The position numbers and the translations under genes were made by a program. The notes below the pieces were generated by a model. The model saw nothing but the letters and a program-made list of their open reading frames with translations. It ran no database searches and was not told the DNA's origin. A DNA stretch of 63,555 nt, filler included, from Bigelowiella natans CCMP2755 (Eukaryota > Protista > Cercozoa), in the NCBI GenBank assembly GCA_000320545.1. It is 5 parts of 5 records of this genome, joined end to end, with 100 filler letters (N's around TTAATTAATTAA, not from the genome) between each part and the next. Parts side by side here need not be neighbours in the genome. Positions count along the whole stretch, not along the records: positions 1 to 15,040 come from ADNK01001502.1; 4 more parts are not named here. One strand, given 5' to 3'. This document shows, piece after piece, positions 1 to 13,246 of this stretch (position 1 is its first letter; each line of letters begins with the position of its first letter).

Positions 1-2211
1 TGATCTTGCGGGCTGCTGCAGATGCGGCATCAGATTTGAGCTTGCCGACATCCGAAGGGCGGAAGAGAAACCTAATAATCGTGCCAATCCCCCCCACCCC
101 CATCATTATCGTCAATCCACCATCATCACGTAGCAAACTAGATAGAAGCTACTCAATCCCTATTGCTTCTTCGATGCATGATTTCGTTCTAGTTTTGCCC
201 CCCCCCCCCCCCCCTCCCCCCCCTTTCCCCTTCACCACCTCTCGAGCATTGTTGTTATTCAGGTATAATGGCGTGTTGGTGTCTCTCTGTTTGGCTCTGT
301 TTGGCTCTCAGCCGGTAGGCTACTACTAGATTCCAACAACTATATTGCGCAATCAATCGCTTCTTACTGTCGATTGAGGTTAGATCGCTCGATGGCGTCC
401 ATATCCGTGACGGTGACAACGCCGCCCGTCTTGCTCTCCTCGGCCTTCTTCGCTTGATGGCTCGCATTGGCAGCCCCGACCCCCATCAGGGCGAAGTTCT
501 TCAACATCTCACAGCCAATGGCCCCCGCTCCGACGAGGAAGCTGCCGACAGATATATCGAGTGTGGAAATATAAACAATACTCGGCAAACTACCTCCTCG
601 AAAAAACCCAAATAGCTACTGCTGCTACTACTACTACTACTACTACTACTACTGCTGTGATCTTCCGCTATCGCATGCTCGTCCTTACATGTTCAGCCTC
701 GACATCTTCGCCTGCACATCCTTCCCGAAAACAGCAACGTAATCGTCGTAGCGGTGGTGCTGCGCTTCGTCGGGTTCGAACCGATCCTGCGTGCCATCTT
801 CGTCTTCATCTTCTTTTTCTTCTTCAGCAGGGAGGCACTTGGCCGCGGTGAAGTAGTAAAACTGCTTGATCGGCGTGAATTTGCCAGAGACCGCCTTTAG
901 CACTTCCTGCAGGAGGGGAAGTGGGAGAAGGATAAGGAGGAGGAGGAGGATGAGGAGGAGGGAGATTACCAAACAAGGAAGGGAAAAGAAAAGAACCTGG
1001 CCTGCAATGCCCCCGATAACAGCTGCCATCGGCGCGATGACCGCCGAGGAGGTCCTAGCAAGTTTCCTGCACAGTTTTTCATCCACCTTCTCCTTAGCGT
1101 CCGGCATTTGGTCTTTAGCGAATTTGACCGCAAGATCATACACGCTCTTCGCATCCGCCGAGGAGGAGGGGGAGGGGAAGGTGGGCGTGGTGGCCCCGCC
1201 CGTGCCCCCCCCCCGCTGCTTCCTGAACTCGGAGATCCCGTTTAATGTGGCGTGGAGCGTGAAGCCTTCCCCCATGTCGCTCGCGATCTGCGGCGCGCTG
1301 ATGCACTTTTTCAGGGGGGAGAACGCCACTTCCATGGGCCGTTTGACCTGTTGGAAGTAGCCGCCCCCTGTGCTGCTGCTGCTGCCCTCGCTGAGAACGT
1401 CTTCCACGCTGATTGAGAAGCTTGTGGAGTTTATGTATTTGATTTGCCTGATGATCGTTCGTTGTGTGCGCGAGGAGGTGGTTATAGACACGTGTTTATA
1501 TAGACTCATAAATGACCCATCCCCCCACCCCCCTCCCACACCCCATCTTCTCATTATTTCACGTGCATACTTCACTATCTGTGCGGTTACGTTCCGAATC
1601 GCGACTAGAGCGCTCACCTGGGCTTGATAGCATTGAGCGAAGACAACTTCATCTGCAAACATTAACAGGGAGTAGGTAACATGAAGGCGAGACGGAAGAG
1701 GAGGAAGACGAGGACGAGGAGGAAGGAATAGGAGGAGCGGCAAAGAGGGGGGGAGGAAGACAGCGAGTGGAGGGCGGATGAGGGCTTGCAGGTCAAGAAA
1801 CATATCTACACACACACACAAACACACACACACAAGAATGCTACTCCTTTCCCTAGAGCCACCAGAGCTTACAACTCAAACCAGAGCACAAAGGCCCCCA
1901 GCACATAGGATGCCTAATGCAATGCTACACCTTCTCTTCCTTCTGCTACCCAACTAAATCGCGCCAAACAAATCTTGCACTGGGGTCAGTGCTAGATTTT
2001 CTCTTCCCCCCCGCCACCTAGAGCTTATTACTAGTAGTACGAACCAATCATACCTCCTCTAATGTGACGAGATCTCCGGTTGAGAGGCCATGGCGCTCCG
2101 CAGTGGTGATCACGGCAGGTTTCCCGGCAGCAAACTTCTTAATCAGCCCACGCCTCGGTCTTTCGCCGTCCGGATCACTCACGAAATGCGATGGGCCTAG
2201 ATCTGTCGAAT

Positions 2212-2272
<61 letters not shown>

Positions 2273-3419
2273 CAATAATGACTGGCGTTACCCGCAACCG
2301 ACAAGTACGTAACAGACGATGCGTAGGAATTCTATCTACATACCGACGAAGATGGCACCCAAGAGACCGGCTACATCCGCAGAGATGAATTTAAGGCTGC
2401 ACTCACGACAAATTTCGTTGATATCGATCTGTACGCAATGAGGCGGTATTATATGACATTATTCGCTAGAGGGGGCGAAAGAGATCAAGAGGGGGAGAGA
2501 GGACGAGGAGGAGCGCGCAAAAGGTAACTGATGAAAGGGCGAAAGGTTTCGTAGCTGAGCGATGGAGGAAGCATTATAGGCTTGCATAAATATGCTTGTA
2601 TACAGAGTGTGATAGCGCTTCACACAAAAGGACAGCATCATCACCTGTTCCTGCACCGTCTTGTTGATGGCGACAATAACCGTGTACCTATAAATTCGAA
2701 CGCCTCGTTAAATTGAACGTCATCTCAAGAACCCCCCTCCCCCCTTTCGTGGCAATGGCACACGTAAACAACTACACAAAAACATAGAAACGCCGACAGA
2801 AAAGAAGGCAACCTCTTGCTTCGAATGAGAGACTTCATGTCGCCCTTGGCCACGTGCACATCGACGTAGGAATTCAGTTCAGCCAGCTGATTTCGGCATG
2901 CCGCTGCCAACGGTTGTCCCACAGCACTCCGCGGAATGTAGAACTGCGATGCGCGGTGCGACTCCAAGGCCTTCGAGTCGTCATGCAGGCCAACTTCCTT
3001 CACCCCAGCGAGAATTATGTTTTTCGCTGCCGGAATAGATCAAGAGAGGAGGGTCATGATTTTATTCTCGCGCTCTTGTGGAATATAACAATCGTAGCAA
3101 GAATAATCGGTTGTTGCGCTCTGGTCGCAGTTACTACCTAGCTCTACTCCGAGTCCGTCCAAGCCCAGAAGAAGCACGGAAGATTCCTGCATGCGGCGCT
3201 GTGCCTCATGCCCGAATACATAGAGCTGCCGGGAGTAGAGGGACTCATCGATCTCTCCCGTACCTTTTTGATATTTTGAATACTGTATTTAACGGTGGTG
3301 AATCCTTATATTGTAGCTGCTCTCATTTTCTCGTATTTGAGGCCCGTCCTTCCTTCACATTCAATTTCTCACATCATTCTGAACGCAAACGCACCTCCCA
3401 TTGCACCCCCTTTCCCCAT
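1..3419 (-). CDS. UBA1: Ubiquitin-activating enzyme E1, multi-exon, 3' part runs off the window start
   Basis: Spliced translation with GT-AG introns gives MGKGGAMG|[43 protein letters not shown]|[16 protein letters not shown], then [20 protein letters not shown]|[49 protein letters not shown] and [14 protein letters not shown]. These are the classic UBA1 motifs. ATG at 3419 is inferred. Confidence 0.95.
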
Positions 3420-4848
3420 TTTGTCTATGATATTTAAGGATGTTCTTCAAATCTGCGTTTTGATCATAATTCTAAGGCTCTGCATAGGCCATTCACCTTT
3501 CGCTTGCTTCTTCTCGTTCTCCATCAGGGGTGGGTGGCTAAAAATTGCGCGAAAACGTTCGCAAAGAAATTTCCGAACGAAGGTGATTATTCGCTCTATT
3601 TATGGGGAAAACTTCTAAAATTAGTTTCTACTACAAATGTGCGAAAATTTATATGGGCATCTGTAGAAGAATATTGTTTTCACTTTTTTAGGATATTTTA
3701 TGGTTAGAAAATGTCCCGAAATTTTCTGACCAGCCTTCGTAACGTTTAGATGGCGATAACAGACGTACACATTGATCAGTTTACACTTCCCATTCTCCTT
3801 GGGCGATTTATTACATTATCATCAAAATTAATTTATTTAGAATTAAGAATCAAACGATGATGAAGTACGACATCTTTACTATTGCGACAAACATTCTGCA
3901 AAATAAAGTATAAAAATCCGCAATTTTCTTATGGTTGTCTTCTGCACGAGTATTCTCTGAAACGCCCGAGGGAAAGCAAATGCGACATTGATCACCATAT
4001 TGTCGCAATAGAATATTCAAAGGGTTCGACTTCCGTTCTCTAGATCTGCTGTTTGCTGGCAAACTTTTTGGGAAAGTACTCGTATGGATGAGACAACAAC
4101 ATCACAACACTTTTTTCTCATTAATTGAAATTGAGCAGCGATTTGACTGCAATTTCTTCTCCATCCGTTTGCAGCCGAGCTTTCGCTATTCGCTTCATAG
4201 AAAGTTGCCTCCGATCCACCATAACCCAAGCAGACACGGGGCCTCACTTTATGATTCCCATTCGGTTTTTGGACCTGGATCAGTAGCAAAAAGTTGCAAG
4301 AAGTTGCATGCAACTGATGGCTGTTTTTCCTGAGCCAGGTATTGAGGTTCGACTCCTCATGGGATCACGGGGAGGCACACGTCGATTGTCATCTCGGTGC
4401 ACTGTCGATTTTCCGCCTCCACGAGACCTTAAGGCGATTCCATTAGATGGAGCTTAAAAGGCAGTTTACCGAGAATGGTGAATATATACCGATACCTTAG
4501 CTCTGTGCCTTCATCGCTGGTGGACCTGCGGTCAAGTTTTGGAGTCTATGAGGGCAGCAGGCAGCAGGCACCCAATACACACGACTGCAGCTTTGAACAC
4601 GTGTGCTTCAGCATGGGAAGCGCAAATCATTGTGATGTACGATCCTATATGTAGTGCTAGAGCACACGAAAGCGTAAATGATGCATTGCTCGGAGACATA
4701 ATGCATCCTACGCAAATATATAAGCTAACAATGGCAATAATATGCGTCAACGTTTCTATTTATTCGATCAGACTCTTGCTCGTCATTGGCAACGTGCTCA
4801 AATATTTAAATTCGTACGTGCATTGCATCGAATTTCTTGTAGCCATGT

Positions 4849-5971
4849 CTAGATATTGTTCTCCGCTCTGAGTGCGTCTTTTTTAGTTGCAGCTGCTCTA
4901 ATGAACGACGCGGCTACGATGATCGGACGCGCATCTGTGAATTCTTGCAGAATTTCAACATACTCTTCAACCCCCCTCATATCCCGGTTAAGAAAAAACC
5001 CGGCGGGGAAGGGTTTAAGGTAAGGGAAACACCCAAAATCCCGACACCAACAAGGCTTTTATAAGGGGTTTGGGGTTTAGTTTGTTTTGGTAGGACCACA
5101 ATTCAGTAAAACTCCCGTTTGGAGAGGGGGTGTTTCGGGCCCAAAGGTTTTTGGTCCTCCGGAACCCAAAAACAGGAGCGGTTCCTTCGATGGGGGAAGA
5201 TAGAAAGAGGCAAATGGGAATTCCAGATTGTGTTTTTAAAAACTCCCCCCCCCCCCCCCCCCGTAAAGTTTGCACATGAAAATTAATTGTGTATACCTGC
5301 GAACCCACGCGTGGAAGCGGTCTATGATAAGGCACTGGTTCCTCCATTTCGCCTAAAAACCACAAGAAGTATTCTTTGTTCTATTTCCAAGGCAATGCGC
5401 CCAATATAGATTTATTGATGCGTACTCTCAGAGAAACGACGACGTATCGTTGATCTTTAACGTATATATTACGAAGCATATCTGAACCTTCATAAGGCGT
5501 GTGCCATTCCTCCAGACTAGAGAACTAAGCAGCAGTACATTGAGTTATATGAAGAGCATAGATAACACACAAATGCTTCTTATAAATAGAAGACGACCCC
5601 TTTCGCTGCTTCTTGCGCCGGTACGTTGATTAGCATCCAGTGGAGATATTGACGCGAGCCAATGGAGCGCAAATCATCAGGATTTACCATCATAACGCTA
5701 TAAAGCTGAGATTTGGTCCGCAATGTTTTGCATATCAGATTGTTATATCTTTCGATTTTAAAATCTTTATCTAATGTACTTTACGTGCGTGCGTGCTTGT
5801 ATGATGCCAGTTGTGTATGAATGCATGTGCGTGTATATGTGTGAGCCGCGATTGCATATTTCTTAACTCCAGGAACTGTTCCATTGAGGTAAATGCAGCA
5901 ATATAAAAGTGATAGATGTGCTGGCTGAAATGCGAAGAGAAATAGGAATTTGGTAGACTGGACAAAGAGAG

Positions 5972-6028
<57 letters not shown>

Positions 6029-7471
6029 GGGGGAGGGGGGGGGGGGAGAAAAAAAAGTGGGGTGGACAAAGAACAAAGCAAGGAAGGAAGGAAAACGCCG
6101 GATATAAATTCTCGGGTTCAAAAGAGAGGACGAACCATATTCTGCTGGCCAGCAAAGCGAACTGCCGGAGGATACTTGAGCTCGTCCTCATAAACCTTCC
6201 ACAAAATCAAAGGTTATCGAGATCTTCTGAGAGAGCAATTTGCAATCGGAGCGAACAAAATTCAGCTCCTCTTGAAGGGCAAGGAAAGGCACCACCCTTT
6301 CCGACACGTATATCATCTCACAACAGGGACACCCTAACATGCATCCAACTGACCAGTTGGCCAAGGCGGAGCTCGCGGTCATCCTTCCACACGCCAACCT
6401 GCAGCACCACCAGCAACGTCGGCGGAGACATAGAAGATGTCACAGACACAGTATTTAAGTTGATTTAGGTAGGGATCAGCTTTCTCGCTCGAAAAGTCAG
6501 GTAGAGAGAAATGAGAGCCGCGTTTGTAAGGGGAAACATGCAGATCGGGAGAAGGGGTAGACAGGCAGAAAGCAAAGCACAATGAGCCCTGGTGTTTGCA
6601 ATTTTTAGGCAACGACCTCGATTGAGAAATCACTGGCAAAACGAGGCAAGACGCTTGTGAATACATGGCTTGCATCCAAAGACTCCTCCAAAGCGTAATC
6701 ATCTAGTCTACGGGGTGCTTTACGATGGATTTTCTTCGCATGTCGCCGCTCCATCTCCGGATGGTCACCGCCATCGCCACTCTTGCCGATATTGAGGAGG
6801 CTGGGGGGGGGGTAGAGCGAGAGCTCCATTTCCTGCTCAGCGCGCCGGTGATTTTTGTGACAAAAAGCCTTATGATGGGGGGAAAGATACAACGCATAAA
6901 GATACGTGTATGTATGAAGAAGGGCTGTGAACGTGAGTGGAGATATTACGCTAGGTTGTCATCTTCATCATCATTCAATGTGTGATTGGTGGAGAATAAG
7001 GAAACAAATTCTCAGGTTTCACCCCAATGCTTGCGCCCCACTCAATGCTACAGTCCTCCTTCTCGAGGGTGACCTACGATTTGAGACTTAGCAGATGAGA
7101 TGTATGCACTACTCGTGTCTCAAACAGGTTATATATTGGTGGGGGGGGGGGGGAGGGGAGGGGGCTACCAACCTCCAATAGGCGATGGCTATCGTTGAAG
7201 TCGCGCTGATTAAGATTAGCACGCATGGAAAGCATATCAGAGACATCAGATACGCTGATCGTGCATAGAGAGGGGCTATCAATGACAGGTGAGTATCTTC
7301 GCGGGGATGGTTGTTGTGTGATGTGAGATACCAGCTCCCAATTATGGTACAAACGATGGTGCGGATAGGCGTATTGAAACTTCGACAGCTTTTCCTCCAT
7401 TATTTCTCTATGAAGAATGATGCATCAGGCCCTAAGAATCGGTTCTTCTACTTCCACACCAAAAACATGCG

Positions 7472-7502
<31 letters not shown>

Positions 7503-7843
7503 ATACACACACCCGTACGCACGCAAATGCACACACGTGCATACACACATACACATACGCTTCCACGCGCACATTACTAAAAGGTTTATTCTTACTTTCC
7601 ATCGTCTTCTTGCTCGTCGACGTCAGAAGTAAGCTCGTAATTAAAGTGCCTTATGCGGTGCTCAAGCTGGCCCCAGAATAGCCTATCGCCATTCACCTGA
7701 AGAGAGAATCGCGGTGTCTAGTAACTCCAAGGCAGAAGAATACATTGTAATACGGAAGTCTCTTCTTCAACCGTGAGATTCTCCTCCTTTCCTCCCCCCT
7801 CCCCGCTCTACTCCATCTATATTTCGATGATATTTGTCAAACA

Positions 7844-7882
<39 letters not shown>

Positions 7883-8237
7883 TCTTCACTACTTTGACGG
7901 AAAGCTGTTTGGGCTCTGTTTCGTGGATCGGTCTCTTCCTCGCAGTCTCGCAAAGCACGCAATTCTTTATCGTGCTGCCTATATCCTGCCAGTAGCAATG
8001 CTCATTCAGTACCAACCAACGTATGGCTTATACAATACATCATACATATATCGTTGACTCGATTTTCTAGCCTCTCCCTTCTCTGTTCGGAGACCTGTCG
8101 CATCGATCCCCAATAGAAGTTCGGAGCTATTCTCTCAAACATCCTCGTCTATATGCGAGGAGGGGTCAGTCATTAGGCACCGAAGGAGAAATCAAACACG
8201 CACACACAAACACACACATATAGACATAGTATATTTG

Positions 8238-8285
<48 letters not shown>

Positions 8286-9152
8286 ATGCATTCGCATACG
8301 CTTCGTGCAAGAATACCTTTCCAACAAAGCCGCCATAATGCCGTGCGTGCTTGTGAAGCTCCTCATGGTAGACCCGCAGCAGATCTGCTACCATCGGAGT
8401 CGGAACTACTACCTGAAGAATTGTTCTCGCAAAATAAACGAAACGCATCGTTCCTCAAGCACATTTAATCGCTCCCTTGTACATATTCGCGGATGCTGCA
8501 GGACGATGGCTTGCGGGAGAAGAGAGGACGATGAACAAATGGAAAGGCAGCGAGAGAGAGAGAGAGAGAGGGAGAGATGTGTGATGTGATGAGGAAGGTA
8601 GGTAGAAGATACGTATATGCGTAAGATCAGCTGTTTTTAGTTAGCAATATTTCACACTTGGTGCTGTTTCGTAGGAAGGATGGGGTTGTGTTCCATTCTG
8701 AATTATGAGGAAGAGGGGAGGAAAGAGAAACTGTATTACAAGATGCGTTTTCTGCACACGTGAATCCGTGATAAATCTACCTGCGCAGCAGAACGCCAGT
8801 AGCCGGGTCTATCGTGTATATCTGCCACCAACAACAACAACAACGACGCACAATGAGCTTTGCATCTTACGATGATGCGAATGCTGTGGATATTCTTAAT
8901 TCAAGCGATGATGCGAACGCTGTGGATATTCTTAATTCAAGCCCATTTGGTCCCGAAGCAGCCCGCGCATCTTCCCGTAATTCTTACACTTCGTCGAGTC
9001 ACTAGACCTTGGAAAGAGCGATGTAGGCGTCATCATCAACCTTGGGGCAAATGGGTGTAGGGTTACCGCGCGTTGAGGATGGCATCGAGGAAGGCAAACA
9101 AAATGCACAATTTATATGAAGATGATCCAGAAGAACACACACACACACACAC

Positions 9153-9189
<37 letters not shown>

Positions 9190-10583
9190 CCCTTGCACGA
9201 TTCTTCTCAGTTAACAAAGAGATATATTCCTTGAGCGTCTTTTCCTCCCTTTGAGAGGAGGCCACCTTCCTCAGGCTATTGAGGTTCGCCCACGCGCGCA
9301 TGTAGTCACATGTGTCATACAAAAACGGACACAAGCATGCAATCTGAGGGTACACCCAAAACACGGGGGAAACTGGAGACTAGAAAATAAGTATATTAGA
9401 TATAGTGAGCACATATTCTTCAACATCCAAATGTGCGAGCGGAGCAGCAATCGTATCATATATGCATTACTCAGGCTTGAACCAGAGGGCTTTGATCTTC
9501 TCCTTCTTCCGCTGCCGAATCTAGCGTGTAAGCACCATTATCATCATCACCATCATCATCATCATCATCACCACCATCATCATACATGATAAAAATCTTG
9601 GCGAGTTTTGGCTAACAGCTCGAAGCAAATCGTTGTGTGGAAGAAGCCCGTATTTCTCCCGCCCGCTCAATGCTACGAAAGTAGTACGGCGACTCTCTGC
9701 CTGATGAGGGCTCCCGGCGAGAGATGTAGAGCTCTTGTTCGCGAAGTACTACCTTTATTTCAACGTGCTTCGAGGTCGTTTCGAGGGGTACCGGAACGCT
9801 GAGCACAACGTCGTTCTTGGACTCCTTCCATGCGAATCTGGGTTTGGTATACATCAACAACGCAGGCTTTATACGTGTGTAGGCGGTGGCGAAAAACAGG
9901 AAGAGAAGGAGAGAGAGAGAAAGAGAGAGAGAGGGGGGGAGGGGGGGATGGGGAATGTATTCAACGTGACGTACATAAAAGTATATATATATATATATAT
10001 ATATATTATATCAATGTATATTGCTGTGTGTGCGCGCGCGCGCATTGCCTCCCCACACGCACCAAACATTGAAATACCGCGACGACTGATGAACAGTGCC
10101 TAGGGACGATAGAACTGGGTGATTCGATAGCGAAGAAGCCGCCTTTATTCGAGCCTGAGTCGCCATCCTCCGTTGCTTAAGTCGCTGCTGCTGCGAAAGG
10201 TATGCTAGATAACTTGCGAGCCATGGAGGTGATACTTTCCTTGTATGGCTGCCGTCACAAGCCAAGCCTCCCTCCGCATCATTGCTGCTGCCGCACCCAT
10301 CGCGAGGCCCTCCGCTTGCCCCCCCTCCTGTCGATCGTCTGTAGAAGTGTCCGTCATCATCAAAGTCCAGGCTCCTGAGAGAGGGAGAGAAGAGAGAGAG
10401 AGAGAGAAAAGAAACGACGAAGATCTCACTGATATGTTTCCATTTATGTCCCGTTAGCTCAGCAATGAATGCCCCACGGCTGCTTACATGGTTTGGTTTG
10501 GATTCCGGTAGAACCGTTTCGTGACCTGAAACAAAACGCAAAGGCACGCAAACACACGCATAAGTCTGTGGGTATCGCCCCGA

Positions 10584-10628
<45 letters not shown>

Positions 10629-11768
10629 AAGTCGAGGAATACACCACCTCTGAAGGCATTTCATCATCGGAGTCCGGCATCTCAAACGTGTGCGCGCTCG
10701 GGTCTCGAAACCCATCTCTAAGGTGGAATACAGGGGGCAAGCACCGACACAGTAGTTACGAAAGGTTTGGGGGCTGCAGCACGCATTTGTCACTACTATA
10801 GCGGCCATCAGCACTTTGATGAATCTCTAGTTACCATGCGCGCCCTTTTCCTTCATGGATTGATCTTGTCTCCGACAAAACCAAAAATCGTCGAAGGAAA
10901 ACCCTAGCCCTAGCATGCATAATTAACCTTGTATTTTCTGTCACAGCAGTCCAGTTCAACGGTTTACGCTGATGATGCGGCGCATCAGAGGGGTTGGAGT
11001 CTTTCTTGAAGCCGCCTTCAGGCTGTTCTGTACGTACATTACGAGCACTATCTGCTGCCACTTCCTGATGTCCTTCTGCAAGTCCTCCTAACAGCTTGCG
11101 CTTTTGCAGCATTTTCGGATTTCCAGGTTCGTCCTTCCCTGCATCATCGTTCCCGCCCCCCTTTTCCGCCGTCTTCGCCGTTCTCGGGGAGGGTGGGGAG
11201 CTGTTGTCTCTTTGGCGCTTTGATTGCGTCCCTATCTTCCCGCCGTTGTTGTTGTCGTTGTCGTCATCATCGTCGCCTGGCCCGAAATCCTCCCGAAACA
11301 AATTGGGAAGGTTGTTCATCAACTTCATTTCCTCCTCGCCATAGGCATCTTCCATCCCGGCATTGAAAGACGCGGGAGCGTCTCCAGCCAACGTGGGGGC
11401 CGCTGAAGAAGCGCTGCTCCTCGCTATTCGGTGGCTATCGTCCTGCCCGACAGGGATGTCATCCTTATTTCCCAAGGGATCTTTGCGCTTTCCATGCTCT
11501 TGGAATGCTGTTGTGGAGAGATCGGGCCTTCGTAGCGACGATACAACCTAATAGTGGGTAGTGGGTAGTTTGTGGTAGGTCAAATGTGACGGATGCAGTA
11601 TTGGAGGAGATGCGGTGGGTGGTTGGTTAATGATGGAGAAATTACTTTATGATGCACGCACACGCACACGCAAACACAAACACAAGCACAAACACTCGTC
11701 GCGCATTATACACTCCCAACTACGCAAAACCTGCGCCATCCCCTTGATAAGCGAGCTGCAAAGAACAT
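4849..11768 (-). CDS. Large multi-exon protein: putative mitochondrial presequence, split CS (p23/NudC-like) domain, integrase-type H2C2 zinc domain, C-terminal PEBP-like domain
   Basis: N-terminus MFFAARLSRGWRRFC|VVSSLRR. CS N-half FAWKESKNDVVLSVPVPLETTSKHVEIKV (in ORF 9612-9860). H2C2 exons at 8412-8317, 8148-8095 and 7985-7893. CS C-half QLSVK|VNGDRLFWGQLEHRI...LLE|VTLEKEDCSIEW. PEBP motifs SHVFTSVLPRF, LKYPPAVRF, YSVMMVNPD..QYLHWMLINVP, YHRPLPRVGS, PIIVAASFIRA. TAG stop at 4849-4851. Not every intermediate junction was verified. Confidence 0.7.
8870..8941. repeat. 36-bp tandem duplication (2 copies, 1 mismatch)
   Basis: cgatgatgcgaaYgctgtggatattcttaattcaag at 8870-8905 and 8906-8941. Confidence 0.95.
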
Positions 11769-11917
11769 ACCGAAAGTAAGCAATCGAACATTTGTTTTAG
11801 CAATTGCATCAACGACAACAACGAGAAACGGAGCAAAGCTCATTCCGTTTGCATCATGACACCTCTCTATCTGCGCGCGAACTTGCAAGTTCCGCGCACT
11901 AACTTGGAGTTTCTGCT

Positions 11918-12277
11918 ATGTATTTAGATGCATATCTTCGTCAATTGCGCTGCTCAGTGCGCAGCTGGAGAACCTGGGATTTTTTCTCTGAGGCTCTTCG
12001 ATTTGAACGTATCGCTTCTTTTGGGAATCCGAGAGGCATATCACGTTCTCGCCGTCTTCAATCTTCGGGTAAGGGCATGACACATGGATGGCCGTTTTGG
12101 TGATTAGAAACAAAGAAATCACATTGTTAAAGAGTAGAGATATAAAGGGGGGGGGGGAGAAGAGGGGGGAGGGGGGGAGGGGAGCTAACCCTTTCGTCGT
12201 CGTACTCTTCACTCGCTCTATTCTGCATTTCCTATTTCGAAAGACATTTTGTTGGTATCACTCAAATACCTTATGTG

Positions 12278-12320
<43 letters not shown>

Positions 12321-12374
12321 GTTTATCGAAATATATATATTTATATGTTTATCGATAGATACAAATTATGTGAG

Positions 12375-12417
<43 letters not shown>

Positions 12418-12623
12418 GTGTGTGTGTATGTGCGTGTGTGTGTGTGTGTGCGCGCGCGCAGTTTCAACGGCCTCTTGACGATCTGAATATTGGAGGCAAT
12501 GTGCCCTATTCCGTTCTAGGCATTTGCTGTGCATGCCAGAGAATACTTACCTCCATCATCAACTTCCGCTTCTTCTCCTCTTTCTGCGAAATACATCGAT
12601 GTTTCAGTGCGTATGGGTGTGCT

Positions 12624-12662
<39 letters not shown>

Positions 12663-12923
12663 CTGTGTTGTATGTATTGTATGTGTTGTGTTGTATGCGC
12701 GCTTGCGCTCAAATACAACTGCGTTCATATCGTACCATGTTGCGAGTGAAATTGCTTCTATTGATTTACGAATGCCGTTAATTGCTTCTATTGATTTATA
12801 AACATCGCTAAGGCAGGCTCACATCGTTCATACGCCTTAGAACGCCCTTTAGTTTCTCCCTCTGTGCATTTGGCCAAATAGATAGGAACATACACGCACA
12901 AAGACATAACATATATATTAAGA

Positions 12924-12965
<42 letters not shown>

Positions 12966-13200
12966 TATATAATGTATATTTATTTATATATGATTCTAAG
13001 GGATGTGGATAAACGGCAGGATTTTAAAACGGAAGTCACGATCAATATTAGGGATCTTGCGCCACCATTTTGAGCGATTTTGAGTCGGTGCCGATAACGG
13101 GAAGATCGAGAGAGTCCTCATCTGACACTGACCTACAAGACCAAATGTACACAAAGCAGAAATAAGAGAGGGGGGGAGGGGGGAGAGTACGAGAAAAAGG

Positions 13201-13246
<46 letters not shown>

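Noticed and set aside
4068-4250. GGAAAGT...ACACGGGGCCTCA resembling RNase MRP/P conserved regions CR-I and CR-V
   Set aside because: P4 pairing is imperfect and I could not build P1/P2 helices. It would need an Infernal hit.
4985-5262. Odd homopolymer-doubled sequence and ORF 5015-5365 (similar tract at 44870-45075)
   Set aside because: Sits next to a long poly-C/G run and has the stuttered look of low-quality reads. It likely obscures a real PEBP exon.
5771-6468. ORFs with SLSLSL, ERERER, YIYIYI, THTHTH or CVCVCV runs (many throughout the window)
   Set aside because: Translations of intronic microsatellites.
7893-8412. Active LTR retrotransposon
   Set aside because: Only the Zn-binding module is present and it is interrupted by spliceosomal introns. 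No RT, RNase H, DDE core or LTRs.
8870-8941. CRISPR-like 36-bp repeats
   Set aside because: Two directly adjacent copies with no spacer and no cas genes, in eukaryotic DNA.
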